From positions 1,632,001 through 1,696,000 of the forward strand of contig CAXXLL010000002.1 in NCBI GenBank assembly GCA_963662545.2: a DNA stretch of 64,000 nt. Reading direction: 5' to 3'. Position numbers and translations under genes: made by a program. Source of the stretch: Gammaproteobacteria bacterium. GTDB lineage: Bacteria; Pseudomonadota; Gammaproteobacteria; Ga0077536. A model generated the notes under the pieces. It ran no database searches. It was not told where the DNA came from and was given only the letters and a program-made list of their open reading frames with translations. Shown here piece by piece: positions 8,953 to 18,053 of this stretch (position 1 is the first letter of the stretch; every line of letters begins with the position of its first letter).

Positions 8953-9254
8953 GGTCGTTCCCGGTCTAATCGCGGCAGTGCAACACTGGTAAGGATTACG
9001 TCCGCAATCCTCTCGAAAGCGGTCGTCCAGTAGCGTTCGGCGGAACATTAGCGGAGCACGTCGGCTCACGGCCGAGGCTGTGTCAAAAGTCGAAAAATGG
9101 AGCCCGCTGCGAAAATTTTCCCCAATGCACGACTTAGATTGTTATGCACGATTGATTAAGGGAACACACCGCCTAAGGTAGGCAAATCGAGCTAAACTTC
9201 TCCCACTTTCAAAATTCAAAAATACTTTTGACACAGCCTCGGCCAGAAGCCGAC
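8953..9254. repeat. Composite repeat module, copy 4 (half A 8953-8966, B 9000-9024, C 9060-9073 + 9245-9254 split by a MITE)
   Basis: Colinear with copy 3; the restored unit C is GTCGGCTCACGGCCAGAAGCCGAC. Confidence 0.85.
9074..9240. mobile_element. MITE 2, IS1182-like ends, 167 bp
   Basis: Perfect 17-bp TIR GAGGCTGTGTCAAAAGT / ACTTTTGACACAGCCTC; GGCC target duplication. Confidence 0.88.
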
Positions 9255-9425
9255 ATCACGTCCCGAGTTCCACTACCTTTGACAGCACTATTGTCTGTCC
9301 GTCAGTGGCCCCGTTTCCTGAGAGAAAAGTGGGCGTGCACGCAGAGCCCGAACGAGTGTGTGCACAGTGGCTATACTTGGATCTGGTGCGCAGAAGTTCT
9401 GGCTGCGGGGGAGGAGTGTGTCGCG

Positions 9426-9860
9426 ATGTCACGTTTATTTGTCATGCTCGCAAGTATGCTCGTGATTCCAGCCGTGGGCGCGTTCGATACGGAACACGAT
9501 AGCCGTGCCTTGCTCTATTTTGAGGTCCCGTTCGGCAAAGCGGCAGCAGCTCCGTCGTATTCTTTCGGAGTTCGTCTGGAGCGGGTGAATCACCAGGAGA
9601 AGATGGTGGTTTCGATGACTCGTCCCGTGAGGGCCGCTCCAGTCATGGATATTCGAGGAACCCTCGAAGGAATCAGTTCCTGGACGATAAACGGTGAGGA
9701 ACTCCTCGCTAATCGATATGTGACAAGCGCGGCCGAAGGGGGTTCTAAGACGGTCGTAATAACCATCGTTGTGGTGGCAGCGGTTGTGGGCGCGGCTCTA
9801 TTGATAGTTGACGCGGTGGAGGATGAGATCGAAGAGAGTATTGACTTCAGCAACAATTAG
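9426..9860 (+). CDS. Hypothetical exported/membrane-anchored protein
   Basis: GGAGGAG RBS, N-terminal signal-like segment, C-terminal hydrophobic helix and acidic tail. Confidence 0.65.
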   Translation: MSRLFVMLASMLVIPAVGAFDTEHDSRALLYFEVPFGKAAAAPSYSFGVRLERVNHQEKMVVSMTRPVRAAPVMDIRGTLEGISSWTINGEELLANRYVTSAAEGGSKTVVITIVVVAAVVGAALLIVDAVEDEIEESIDFSNN

Positions 9861-9992
9861 AACCTTCGGACGTGTTGCCTCAAGAAGGAATGTTACCGAA
9901 GTGTGACACCGTTGGGGCCGGCTCCTTAAGTGACCGGAAAAGTTGACAGTATTATTTTCTCTGTGAAGAGATAAATCCGTACGAGGCTGCAT

Positions 9993-10220
9993 GTCTTCTT
10001 CGGGTCCAGGCTGTCCGAAAACTCCGAAAAATCGTTACGTGACGAAAAATTTCCCCACTTGTTGTCCCTATAGCAGATGAATTAGGGATCACACTGCGCG
10101 ATTTGATCAGATTGGATAACGCATTCCCCACAAAATCGAATTTAGTTTTCGGACAGCCTGGGTCGACTCCGGACTCCCGCAGTGCAGCATGGCATGGCTG
10201 CTTACGGCGGTATAGCGGAC
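9993..10220. repeat. Composite repeat module, copy 5 (A 9993-10006 + 10165-10174 split by a MITE; B 10196-10220)
   Basis: Restored unit GTCTTCTTCGGGTCGACTCCGGAC, spacer GCAGTGCAGCA, then GGCTGCTTACGGCGGTATAGCGGAC. Confidence 0.75.
10007..10160. mobile_element. MITE 3, IS1182-like ends, 154 bp
   Basis: Perfect 17-bp TIR CAGGCTGTCCGAAAACT / AGTTTTCGGACAGCCTG; GGTC target duplication. Confidence 0.88.
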
Positions 10221-10367
10221 CCTAATCTCGTAAAGCCCGATTGCAGAGTGCGGTGTTTATGCGACGGCACTCGTCAGGTTAGGTCGAATCCAGGATGCCA
10301 ATATGTAAGAACGAGTCCAAGTTTTCACAAATTATGGTCTCGCGATGCGAACGGACCGGATTCACCG

Positions 10368-11363
10368 TTATGCCACGCGGGCATCGATGCGGTAGAGACC
10401 AGCACTGCGCGCTGCTGCGATTGCGCCCGCCAGCTCCGTATCTCGGGGCCGGCGATCGATATCGCGATATTTACCCTTACGGTCGTTTGGTCCCACCTGG
10501 TATTCCGGACGGTATTGCGACATCACGTTGACATAGGTATCGACCGACAATTCGTCAGCGAGCCAATTCAATATTGCGCGGGTCTCGTCTTCCTGTCCCG
10601 GCATCACCAGATGGCGCACCAGCAGCCCGCGCCGCGCTAGGCCGTCGGGGCCGAACCGAAGCGGTCCAACCTGGCGTTGCATCTCCTGGATCGCCGTTCT
10701 TGCCCGCTCGGGATAATCCTTGGCTTTGGCGAGGCGCCGGGCACTCTCGCGGTGCCAGAACTTGAAGTCGGGCATGTAGATGTCGACGATGCCGTCGAGC
10801 AGCCGCAGCGACGACACCGCGTCGTAAGCGCTGGTGTTGTAGACGACCGGAATATGGAAGCCCCTGGGCACTGCGGCCGCGACGGCCTCGATGACCTGGG
10901 GCGCGACATGCTCGGGGGTGACGAAATTGATGTTGTGACAACCGCGTTCCTGTAATGCCAACATGATGGATGCGATCTGATGAGCGTCGCATTCGGTGCC
11001 TGATTTTTGTTGAGAGATGTCCCAGTTCTGGCAGAACACACAGCGCAGGTTGCACTGCCCGAAGAATATCGTGCCCGAGCCGTACGAACCACGCAGGCAG
11101 TCTTCTTCGCCAAAGTGTGGGAAGGCGCTCGAGACGATCGCGTGCCGGCCCGTGTGGCATACCCGCGCGACGTTCTCCAGGCGGTTGACGTGGCAGTTAC
11201 GGGGACAGGCGCAGCAGTCCTCGAGTTCACCGAGGGCGTTCGCGACGCGTTGCTCGAGTTCGCCGCTACGGTAGAGTGTGAGATAGGCGGGTTCGAAGTG
11301 CTCGATCACGAAGCGCCGTTCGTGACGGGATGTGCGGGTACGAAGGCGTTCTACATCGCTCAT
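10368..11363 (-). CDS. pflX: Radical SAM protein, PflX-like
   Basis: CCACPRNCHVNR, HFGEE, CNLRCVFCQN (CxxxCxxC), DIYMPDFK and LLVRHLVMPG motifs. Confidence 0.85.
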   Translation of the reverse strand: MSDVERLRTRTSRHERRFVIEHFEPAYLTLYRSGELEQRVANALGELEDCCACPRNCHVNRLENVARVCHTGRHAIVSSAFPHFGEEDCLRGSYGSGTIFFGQCNLRCVFCQNWDISQQKSGTECDAHQIASIMLALQERGCHNINFVTPEHVAPQVIEAVAAAVPRGFHIPVVYNTSAYDAVSSLRLLDGIVDIYMPDFKFWHRESARRLAKAKDYPERARTAIQEMQRQVGPLRFGPDGLARRGLLVRHLVMPGQEDETRAILNWLADELSVDTYVNVMSQYRPEYQVGPNDRKGKYRDIDRRPRDTELAGAIAAARSAGLYRIDARVA

Positions 11364-11598
11364 TACACTGTCGCTTAAACGCCGGCCTACGCCGCCCGTT
11401 CGTACTGCGTGACGACGCAACACCTGCCGCGCCCGATGTTGTGCTGCAAGGCGATCTTCGCTCCTTCAATATGAAATGGCGTGATGCCACTTTCAGTTAC
11501 GCGAACGATACCGGACAATAGGCCGGTGCACATCATTTTGCGCTGCGGGGCGGCGCTTCAAACGCGTGCATCCCGAACACCTAAAAGGGGGAGATAGC

Positions 11599-12339
11599 AT
11601 GGCAAACGATCGGATCGCTCTGGTGACGGGTGCGAACCGGGGGCTGGGCTTTGAGATCTGTCGCCAGCTGGGCAGCCAGGGCCACACGATGATCGTCGCT
11701 TCACGCGATCCGGATAAGGGCGAAGCGGCAGCCGAAAGGCTTCGTGCCGAGGGCATTGACGCGCACGCCCAGCAGTTGGATGTGGCCGATTCCGCCAGTA
11801 TCGCGGCTGCGGCCGACGCCGTTGCAAAGCAATTCAGCGTGCTCGACGTGCTGGTGAACAACGCCGGCACCTTCGTCGAGGAGTGGGGCACCTTGCCGAG
11901 CGCGGTGACCGTGGCCCAGATGCGTGAAACCTTCGACACCAATTTCTTCGGCCCCCTCGAGGTCCTGCGCGAGTTCATACCGCTCATGCGCAAAAGCAAA
12001 GCTGGGCGCGTTGTCAACGTTTCGAGCGACATGGGTTCGCTCGCAAACATCAACAACCCGGAATCGATCGTCTACGACGTTATGGGTCCCGCCTATCAGG
12101 CGTCAAAGGTGGCCATCAATGCACTCACGACCTTGTTCGCGAAAGAATTCAAGGACACGAACTTCAAGGTCAATTCGTCGTCGCCCGGCTGGTCGCGTAC
12201 GGATATGGGGGGCGAGGAAGCGCCGCTCAGTCCCGCCGAAGGCGCGGACACCGCCGTGTGGCTCGCGACCCTGCCGGACGACGGGCCCACCGGGGGATTC
12301 TTCAGCGCGACGCGCGAGCGTGGCGCGATGGAGTGGTAG
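11599..12339 (+). CDS. SDR-family oxidoreductase (carbonyl reductase-like)
   Basis: TGANRGLG, NNAG, YQASK and PGWSRTDMGG motifs. Confidence 0.92.
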   Translation: MANDRIALVTGANRGLGFEICRQLGSQGHTMIVASRDPDKGEAAAERLRAEGIDAHAQQLDVADSASIAAAADAVAKQFSVLDVLVNNAGTFVEEWGTLPSAVTVAQMRETFDTNFFGPLEVLREFIPLMRKSKAGRVVNVSSDMGSLANINNPESIVYDVMGPAYQASKVAINALTTLFAKEFKDTNFKVNSSSPGWSRTDMGGEEAPLSPAEGADTAVWLATLPDDGPTGGFFSATRERGAMEW

Positions 12340-12384
12340 GCAGGGCGCGTCAAAAAGAACATTTAAATAAGAGGTGGTTTTACC

Positions 12385-13230
12385 ATGACCCGATGCGGTG
12401 TCATCATTTTCGCGACCGACAAGTCCATGCAGCCGATAGAACTGGCGAAGGCCGTCGAGGAGCGAGGGCTGGATTCACTCTTCGTGCCGGAGCACACGCA
12501 CATTCCCACGAATTCGGTTTCGCCGTTCCTGCCGGGGGGCGAAATACCCGAGCCTTATCGCCGAACTTATGATCCGTTCGTCGTGCTGGCCGCGTGTGCG
12601 GCTGTCACCGAACGCATCTCGCTCGGAACCGGCATCTGTCTGGTGTCACAACGGCATCCGATTACCCTGGCGAAGGAAGTAGCGACCCTCGACAACATAT
12701 CCAATGGACGGTTCATATTCGGTATCGGCGCCGGCTGGAACAAGCCGGAGATCGAGAACCACGGCACCGTGTTCGAGCAGCGCTGGGCCGTGTTGCGCGA
12801 ACGGATCCTCGCGATGAAAACCATATGGACCGAAGACGAGGCCGAGTTTCACGGCGAATTCGTAGATTTCGATCCCATCTGGTCCTATCCCAAGCCGGTG
12901 CAGGCCGGCGGACCCCCGATCTGGATCGGCGCCAATTCTAAATATGTCGCCGATCGGGTGGCCGAGTTCGCCGACGGCTGGCTGCCGATCGGCGGACGTG
13001 CCGGCGGCGCGAATATCGCTCAGGTTCGCGCGGCTTGCGAGAAGCGCGGGCGCTCGTTCGACGACATTACTCTGGCACTGTTTTTTCCGCCGATGGACGA
13101 GGGCGAAGCCCGTGAGCAAATCGAACTCGGATACTCGGAACTCATTTTCCACCTGCCTTCCGAGGGTGCGGACAAGGTATTGCCCGTGCTCGACGATATC
13201 GCGGTGCTTGCGGACAAGCTGCGCGGGTGA
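12385..13230 (+). CDS. LLM-class, probably F420-dependent oxidoreductase (Rv2161c-like)
   Basis: FVPEHTHIP, DPFVVL, LAKEVATLD and GIGAGWN; short 281-aa LLM typical of this family. Confidence 0.85.
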   Translation: MTRCGVIIFATDKSMQPIELAKAVEERGLDSLFVPEHTHIPTNSVSPFLPGGEIPEPYRRTYDPFVVLAACAAVTERISLGTGICLVSQRHPITLAKEVATLDNISNGRFIFGIGAGWNKPEIENHGTVFEQRWAVLRERILAMKTIWTEDEAEFHGEFVDFDPIWSYPKPVQAGGPPIWIGANSKYVADRVAEFADGWLPIGGRAGGANIAQVRAACEKRGRSFDDITLALFFPPMDEGEAREQIELGYSELIFHLPSEGADKVLPVLDDIAVLADKLRG

Positions 13231-14225
13231 GCGTGAATGAAGACCACCCGTTTCACCGTCTGACACCGGATTTCATTCTCGCGGCCGTCGAGTCACGCGG
13301 CTACGTTACCGACGGTCGGCTGCTCGCGCTCAACAGCTACGAAAACCGGGTCTACCAGATTGGAATCGAAGACGCGCAACCTTTGATTGCGAAGTTCTAT
13401 CGCCCCGGACGCTGGACCGACGAACAGATCCGCGAAGAACACGCCTTCTGTTTTGAACTCGTCGCGCAGGACCTGCCAGTGGTTGCACCGCTCGGCGACA
13501 GCCCTGCGGACAGCCTGGTTCACGTCGAGGAGTTCCCGATCGCCTTCTATCCGCGTCGGGGCGGTCGGGCGCCCGATTTGGACGATGACGAAAACCTGCG
13601 CACCATGGGACGCTACCTGGCACGCATGCACACCGTCGGCGCGGGCCGTCCATTCGAGTACCGGCCGGCCATCGACGTAGATTCATTCGGCACCGAGAGC
13701 GTCGCATACGTGAGCGGCAACTGCATACCCGATGATCTGCGGGCCGCCTACGACAGCCTGACCGTCGATTTGCTACGCCTGTGTGATGAGCGTTTTACGA
13801 TGTGTGAGGGCGTACGTATTCTGCGCGTGCATGGCGACTGTCACCACGGCAATGTCTTGTGGCGCGACGACGCGCCGCATTTCGTCGATTTCGACGACGC
13901 GCGCATGGCGCCCGCGGTACAGGATTTGTGGATGCTCTTGTCCGGACATCGCGAAGAGCAACGCGTGCAACTCAATACTATCCTCGAGGGCTATCATGAA
14001 TTCGCGGATTTCGATTTGCGTGAAATGGCATTGATCGAAGCGCTCAGGACCCTGCGCATGCTGCACTACGCAGCATGGTTGGCGCGTCGCAGGGATGATC
14101 CGGCCTTTCCCCTGGCATTCCCGTGGTTCAACTCGCAGGCGTATTGGGAGCGCCACGTGCTGGAGCTGCGTGAACAGTTTGCCGAGCTATGCGAACCGCT
14201 CTGGTCGGGAGAAATGCTACAGTGA
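13227..14225 (+). CDS. srkA: Stress-response Ser/Thr kinase SrkA (RdoA/YihE)
   Basis: LNSYENRVYQ, KFYRPGRW, HGDCHHGN, DFDD, QDLWMLL and DPAFPLAFPWF motifs. Confidence 0.93.
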   Translation: MSVNEDHPFHRLTPDFILAAVESRGYVTDGRLLALNSYENRVYQIGIEDAQPLIAKFYRPGRWTDEQIREEHAFCFELVAQDLPVVAPLGDSPADSLVHVEEFPIAFYPRRGGRAPDLDDDENLRTMGRYLARMHTVGAGRPFEYRPAIDVDSFGTESVAYVSGNCIPDDLRAAYDSLTVDLLRLCDERFTMCEGVRILRVHGDCHHGNVLWRDDAPHFVDFDDARMAPAVQDLWMLLSGHREEQRVQLNTILEGYHEFADFDLREMALIEALRTLRMLHYAAWLARRRDDPAFPLAFPWFNSQAYWERHVLELREQFAELCEPLWSGEMLQ

Positions 14226-14251
14226 ATGGCGCGGCAGAAGGCTAGTGAGAT

Positions 14252-14611
14252 ATGCGGATTAACCTCCATAAGCTCATCGGCTTTGCTACGGCGGTGGGGC
14301 TTGTCATTGCGGTGCTCGCGCTGGTCGGCATCGGTATATCGGGCGTTGACGACGCGCTCTTGATCCTCTTCTGGTGCGGTTGGGGCGTGGTCAGTGCCGC
14401 CTTGCTAGCCGGCCTTTTCACAGTCAGGATGCCGTTACCGCTGGACGGCCCGTTCAAGGTGATTCGATTCGGAATCGCCACGGTGATCCTCGGTTTTGCC
14501 ATGGAATCGCTTTCCGGTGCTTCGATGCGGCCGCTGTGGGGCTTCGGAGCCGCGACGGTGTTCGTGGGGATCGGTTGGGCCCTGTGGTCGATCGGGGGCA
14601 TGCGGGAATGA
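14252..14611 (+). CDS. Hypothetical membrane protein (about 4 TM)
   Basis: Four hydrophobic stretches; fits between co-oriented genes. Confidence 0.6.
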   Translation: MRINLHKLIGFATAVGLVIAVLALVGIGISGVDDALLILFWCGWGVVSAALLAGLFTVRMPLPLDGPFKVIRFGIATVILGFAMESLSGASMRPLWGFGAATVFVGIGWALWSIGGMRE

Positions 14612-14748
14612 ACAGGTGGCCTATGCGGGACACCACACCAGTGTCGGCAAAAGCTTGCTGAATCTTGGTGCCCCGATTGACTGTTTCGCGACGCGGGCCT
14701 ACTTTGCGCGAGGTAGAAACGACGAGGCCCAAAACGAAGGAGACATCC

Positions 14749-15216
14749 ATGTTCGCCGACAATGCCTATGAATCAATGGCTGCACGTGAAGTCATCGAGC
14801 TACACGAATTTCTCGAAAACTGGTTCACAGGCCGCTGCACGAACGCCGACGAAGTATGGTCAGCTCGGTTATTGTCGCGTTTCACCGATGATTTCCACAT
14901 CACTATGCCCGCGGGGACACTCCTGTCGGGCGGCGGGCTGTGGGATCCCCTGCGTGCCGAACACGGGCGCAACCCGACCTTCAAGATCAACATCAGGGCC
15001 ATCGTTCAGGCCGCACGCCTGCGCAACGGCGTTTCGGTGTGGACTTATGAAGAATGGCAGCGCAACGCGTTGAATGCCTCGCCGCCCGATAACGGGCGCG
15101 CGGCGAGCGTGGTGTTTATCGAGGATCCCACGACGGCGACGGGATTGAAATGGGCTCACGTTCACGAGACTTGGTTGCCGGCGGAAACCATAGCCGCCGA
15201 TGCGTTCGACTGGTAG
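14749..15216 (+). CDS. NTF2/DUF4440-like hypothetical protein
   Basis: EVIELHEFLENWF...YEEWQ...WAHVHETW pattern; GAAGGAG RBS. Confidence 0.7.
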   Translation: MFADNAYESMAAREVIELHEFLENWFTGRCTNADEVWSARLLSRFTDDFHITMPAGTLLSGGGLWDPLRAEHGRNPTFKINIRAIVQAARLRNGVSVWTYEEWQRNALNASPPDNGRAASVVFIEDPTTATGLKWAHVHETWLPAETIAADAFDW

Positions 15217-15260
15217 TCGTAACACAGACTTAACGAGATTTAAGGCGAGGAACTCTTATC

Positions 15261-16274
15261 ATGTTGCCGATCGGTTATTTCCCATGTACCCAGGATGCGC
15301 CGGATGGTAAGAATATCGCCCGGGTCATCGACGAGCTGGTTGAACAGGCGGAGCTGTGTGAACAGGTCGGCTTCGATGGTTTCTTCTTTACCGAGCATCA
15401 CCAGCAGGAAGACGGATATCTGCCGTCCCCGGTGCTTCTGTCCGGCATGATCGGCATGCGCACCCAGCGTATCAAGGTCGGCAGCTGCGTGTTGCTCGCG
15501 CCGCTCTATCATCCCATTCGCCTGGCCGAGGACATCGCGGTCGTCGACCAGGCGACCAAGGGGCGCATGGTGGCGGCGGTGGGCATCGGCTATCAGCCGC
15601 ACGATTTCGACGCCTTCGGTGTTCCCATCAAGCAGCGCGCGCGGCGCACCGAGGAAATCGTCGAGATTCTCCGTCTGGCATGGACGGGCCAACCATTCAG
15701 CTACGAGAGCAAATATCACACCATCGACAACGTGCGCGTTACGCCGCCCGCTTACCAGCAGCCGGGGCCGCCGATCTGGCTCGCGGGCTGGGTGCCTGCC
15801 GGCTTGGAGCGTGCGGGCCGGATGGGTGACGGCTGGATCGCCGACCCCATTCAGTCGCTGGCCGTGATCAAGGATTACGCGAAGCAGTACCGCGCCGAGG
15901 CGAGAAAACACGGCCGCAAGCCATATGTCGTACTCATGCGGGACTGCGTCATCGGTGAATCCTGGGATGCCTGCGTCGCCAAGAGCGAACCGACAATGGT
16001 GACGCATCGCTGGTATTTTCGCTACGGCGCCTATGTAATGGATGACTACATCAAGGACGTCAAGGATCCCGAGGAACTGAGTTTCGACGTGGCGAAGAAG
16101 GATCGCCTCATCGCCGGCAATCCCGAACAATGCCTTGACCAGCTCTTGATGTGGAAGCAAGAGATCAATCCCGATTACATCATGCTGCGCATGCGCCAGC
16201 CCGGAGGACCGCCGCAGCCGGAAGCGCTTGCCGACATCCGCATGTTCGGCGAAAAGGTCATCCCTAATTTGTAG
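15261..16274 (+). CDS. LLM-class flavin-dependent oxidoreductase
   Basis: FTEHH, YLPSP, HPIRLAEDIAVVD and GIGY motifs. Confidence 0.92.
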   Translation: MLPIGYFPCTQDAPDGKNIARVIDELVEQAELCEQVGFDGFFFTEHHQQEDGYLPSPVLLSGMIGMRTQRIKVGSCVLLAPLYHPIRLAEDIAVVDQATKGRMVAAVGIGYQPHDFDAFGVPIKQRARRTEEIVEILRLAWTGQPFSYESKYHTIDNVRVTPPAYQQPGPPIWLAGWVPAGLERAGRMGDGWIADPIQSLAVIKDYAKQYRAEARKHGRKPYVVLMRDCVIGESWDACVAKSEPTMVTHRWYFRYGAYVMDDYIKDVKDPEELSFDVAKKDRLIAGNPEQCLDQLLMWKQEINPDYIMLRMRQPGGPPQPEALADIRMFGEKVIPNL

Positions 16275-16393
16275 CCGTCCTGACCGTGAGAACGGCATCG
16301 ATCGACCGATGTAGCAAGCCGGCGAATCAAATTTGAGGTTCTCGATTGGTATCAAGGACGGCGGTACATAACAGCAAGCTGTAGGTGACGGTA

Positions 16394-17350
16394 ATGGCAT
16401 ATTTTGAAGATAACTCTCTATCGATCGGCAACACACCGCTCGTCAAACTCAAGCGGGTCGTCGACCCGGACAAGGCGACGGTGCTGGCGAAGATCGAGGG
16501 CCGCAATCCAGCGTACTCGGTCAAGTGCCGCATCGGCGCATCGATGATCTGGGATGCGGAGGAGAAAGGCCTGCTGAAGCCGGGTATCGAGGTGGTCGAA
16601 CCCACCAGCGGCAATACCGGCATCGCGCTGGCCTACGTGTGTGCGGCGCGGGGTTACAAGCTGACCCTGACGATGCCGGAGACGATGAGCATCGAGCGTC
16701 GCCAGGTGCTCAAGGCGTTCGGCGCCAATTTGGTATTGACCGAAGGCCCGAAAGGCATGCCGGGTGCTATAAAGAAAGCCGAGGAAATCGTCGCCAGTGA
16801 TCCGAAACGCTACTACATGCCGCAGCAATTCGAGAATCCGGCGAATCCCGCGATCCATGAATCGACGACCGGCCCCGAGATCTGGGAGCAGACGGACGGC
16901 GCCGTCGACGTGTTCGTTTCAGGGGTGGGTACCGGCGGCACGATCACCGGTGTTTCGCGATACATCAAGCATACCCGCGGCAAGGCGATCACCTCGGTGG
17001 CGATCGAGCCCGAACCGAGCCCGATCATCACGCAAACCTTGGCGGGCGAGGAACTCAAGCCGGCGCCGCACAAGATCCAGGGCATCGGTGCAGGCTTTAT
17101 TCCGGGCACACTGGATTTGTCGGTGGTCGATCGCGTGGAACTCGTGTCGAACGAGGAAGCGGTCGAAATGGGCCGGCGCCTGGCGACCGAGGAAGGCATA
17201 CTCAGCGGGATCTCCTGCGGTGCCGCGGTCGTGGTGGCCCGGCGGATCTCGGAGGAGCCGGCGTTCGCGGGCAAGACCATCGTCGTGATCCTGCCCGATG
17301 CGGGCGAACGCTATCTCTCGAGCGTAATGTTCGAGGATTTAGACGTATAG
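16394..17350 (+). CDS. cysK: Cysteine synthase A
   Basis: [18 protein letters not shown] (PLP lysine), [23 protein letters not shown] and GERYLS. Confidence 0.96.
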   Translation: MAYFEDNSLSIGNTPLVKLKRVVDPDKATVLAKIEGRNPAYSVKCRIGASMIWDAEEKGLLKPGIEVVEPTSGNTGIALAYVCAARGYKLTLTMPETMSIERRQVLKAFGANLVLTEGPKGMPGAIKKAEEIVASDPKRYYMPQQFENPANPAIHESTTGPEIWEQTDGAVDVFVSGVGTGGTITGVSRYIKHTRGKAITSVAIEPEPSPIITQTLAGEELKPAPHKIQGIGAGFIPGTLDLSVVDRVELVSNEEAVEMGRRLATEEGILSGISCGAAVVVARRISEEPAFAGKTIVVILPDAGERYLSSVMFEDLDV

Positions 17351-17405
17351 CTTACGGTCCACGGTCGTGATCGAATTGCGGGGTGAAGCAATTGGAATCG
17401 AGCGC

Positions 17406-18053
17406 ATGAAACGAAACTCGATGCTGGCCGTCGCCACCTTACTGGGACTGATAGTGACTGCTCCGAGTTACGCCACGCTTACCGTGTTCAGCGATCGCGC
17501 GAGCTGGGAGGCCGCTATCGGCGGCAGTGACGGGTTCGAGAACTTCAACGGCGTGACCCCGTTTGGAATGTCTTCCGGCGTGAATGGTGCGGGTTTGATC
17601 GACATCGAGATAATCGGCGACCCTACCCTCAATCGAATCGATGCCGGCAGCGGTGGGGCGGACACGGATGGTTCGAATTATTTCCACGGCGCGCTCGATT
17701 TCTCGGGTGTTACGCCGTCGGACTTGATCACCGTGTTGATTAACCAACCGGTCATTGGGTTCGGCGCCGACTGGGCAACTACGATCACAGGCGGTGAATT
17801 GATCATGACCATCGGCAACGACACCGTCGCGTTCACTGACCATTTTACCGGCCTGGGCGACGGCTTCCTCGGGGTCATTGCGACGGCGGCGTTCTCGAGT
17901 GTGGTGCTGGATACCGAGCTGGGCACGGCCGAGCAGTTCGGTATGGACAACTTCACCTTCAAGACGGTCGCAGAGCCGCCGCCCCTTGCGCTTATGGCGC
18001 TTGGAATGGTTCTGAGAACGCCATTGCTTCGAGGTGTGACTCGAACGCGGTGA
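17406..18053 (+). CDS. Secreted protein with a PEP-CTERM-like tail
   Basis: Signal peptide, Gly/Thr/Asp-rich body, and C-terminal VAEP followed by a hydrophobic stretch and Arg residues. Confidence 0.65.
   Translation: MKRNSMLAVATLLGLIVTAPSYATLTVFSDRASWEAAIGGSDGFENFNGVTPFGMSSGVNGAGLIDIEIIGDPTLNRIDAGSGGADTDGSNYFHGALDFSGVTPSDLITVLINQPVIGFGADWATTITGGELIMTIGNDTVAFTDHFTGLGDGFLGVIATAAFSSVVLDTELGTAEQFGMDNFTFKTVAEPPPLALMALGMVLRTPLLRGVTRTR

Noticed and set aside
728-10220. Repeat modules as a CRISPR array or integron attC sites
   Set aside because: Units are degenerate, spacers are homologous rather than unique, no cas or intI gene is present, and the RYYYAAC/GTTRRRY cores are missing.
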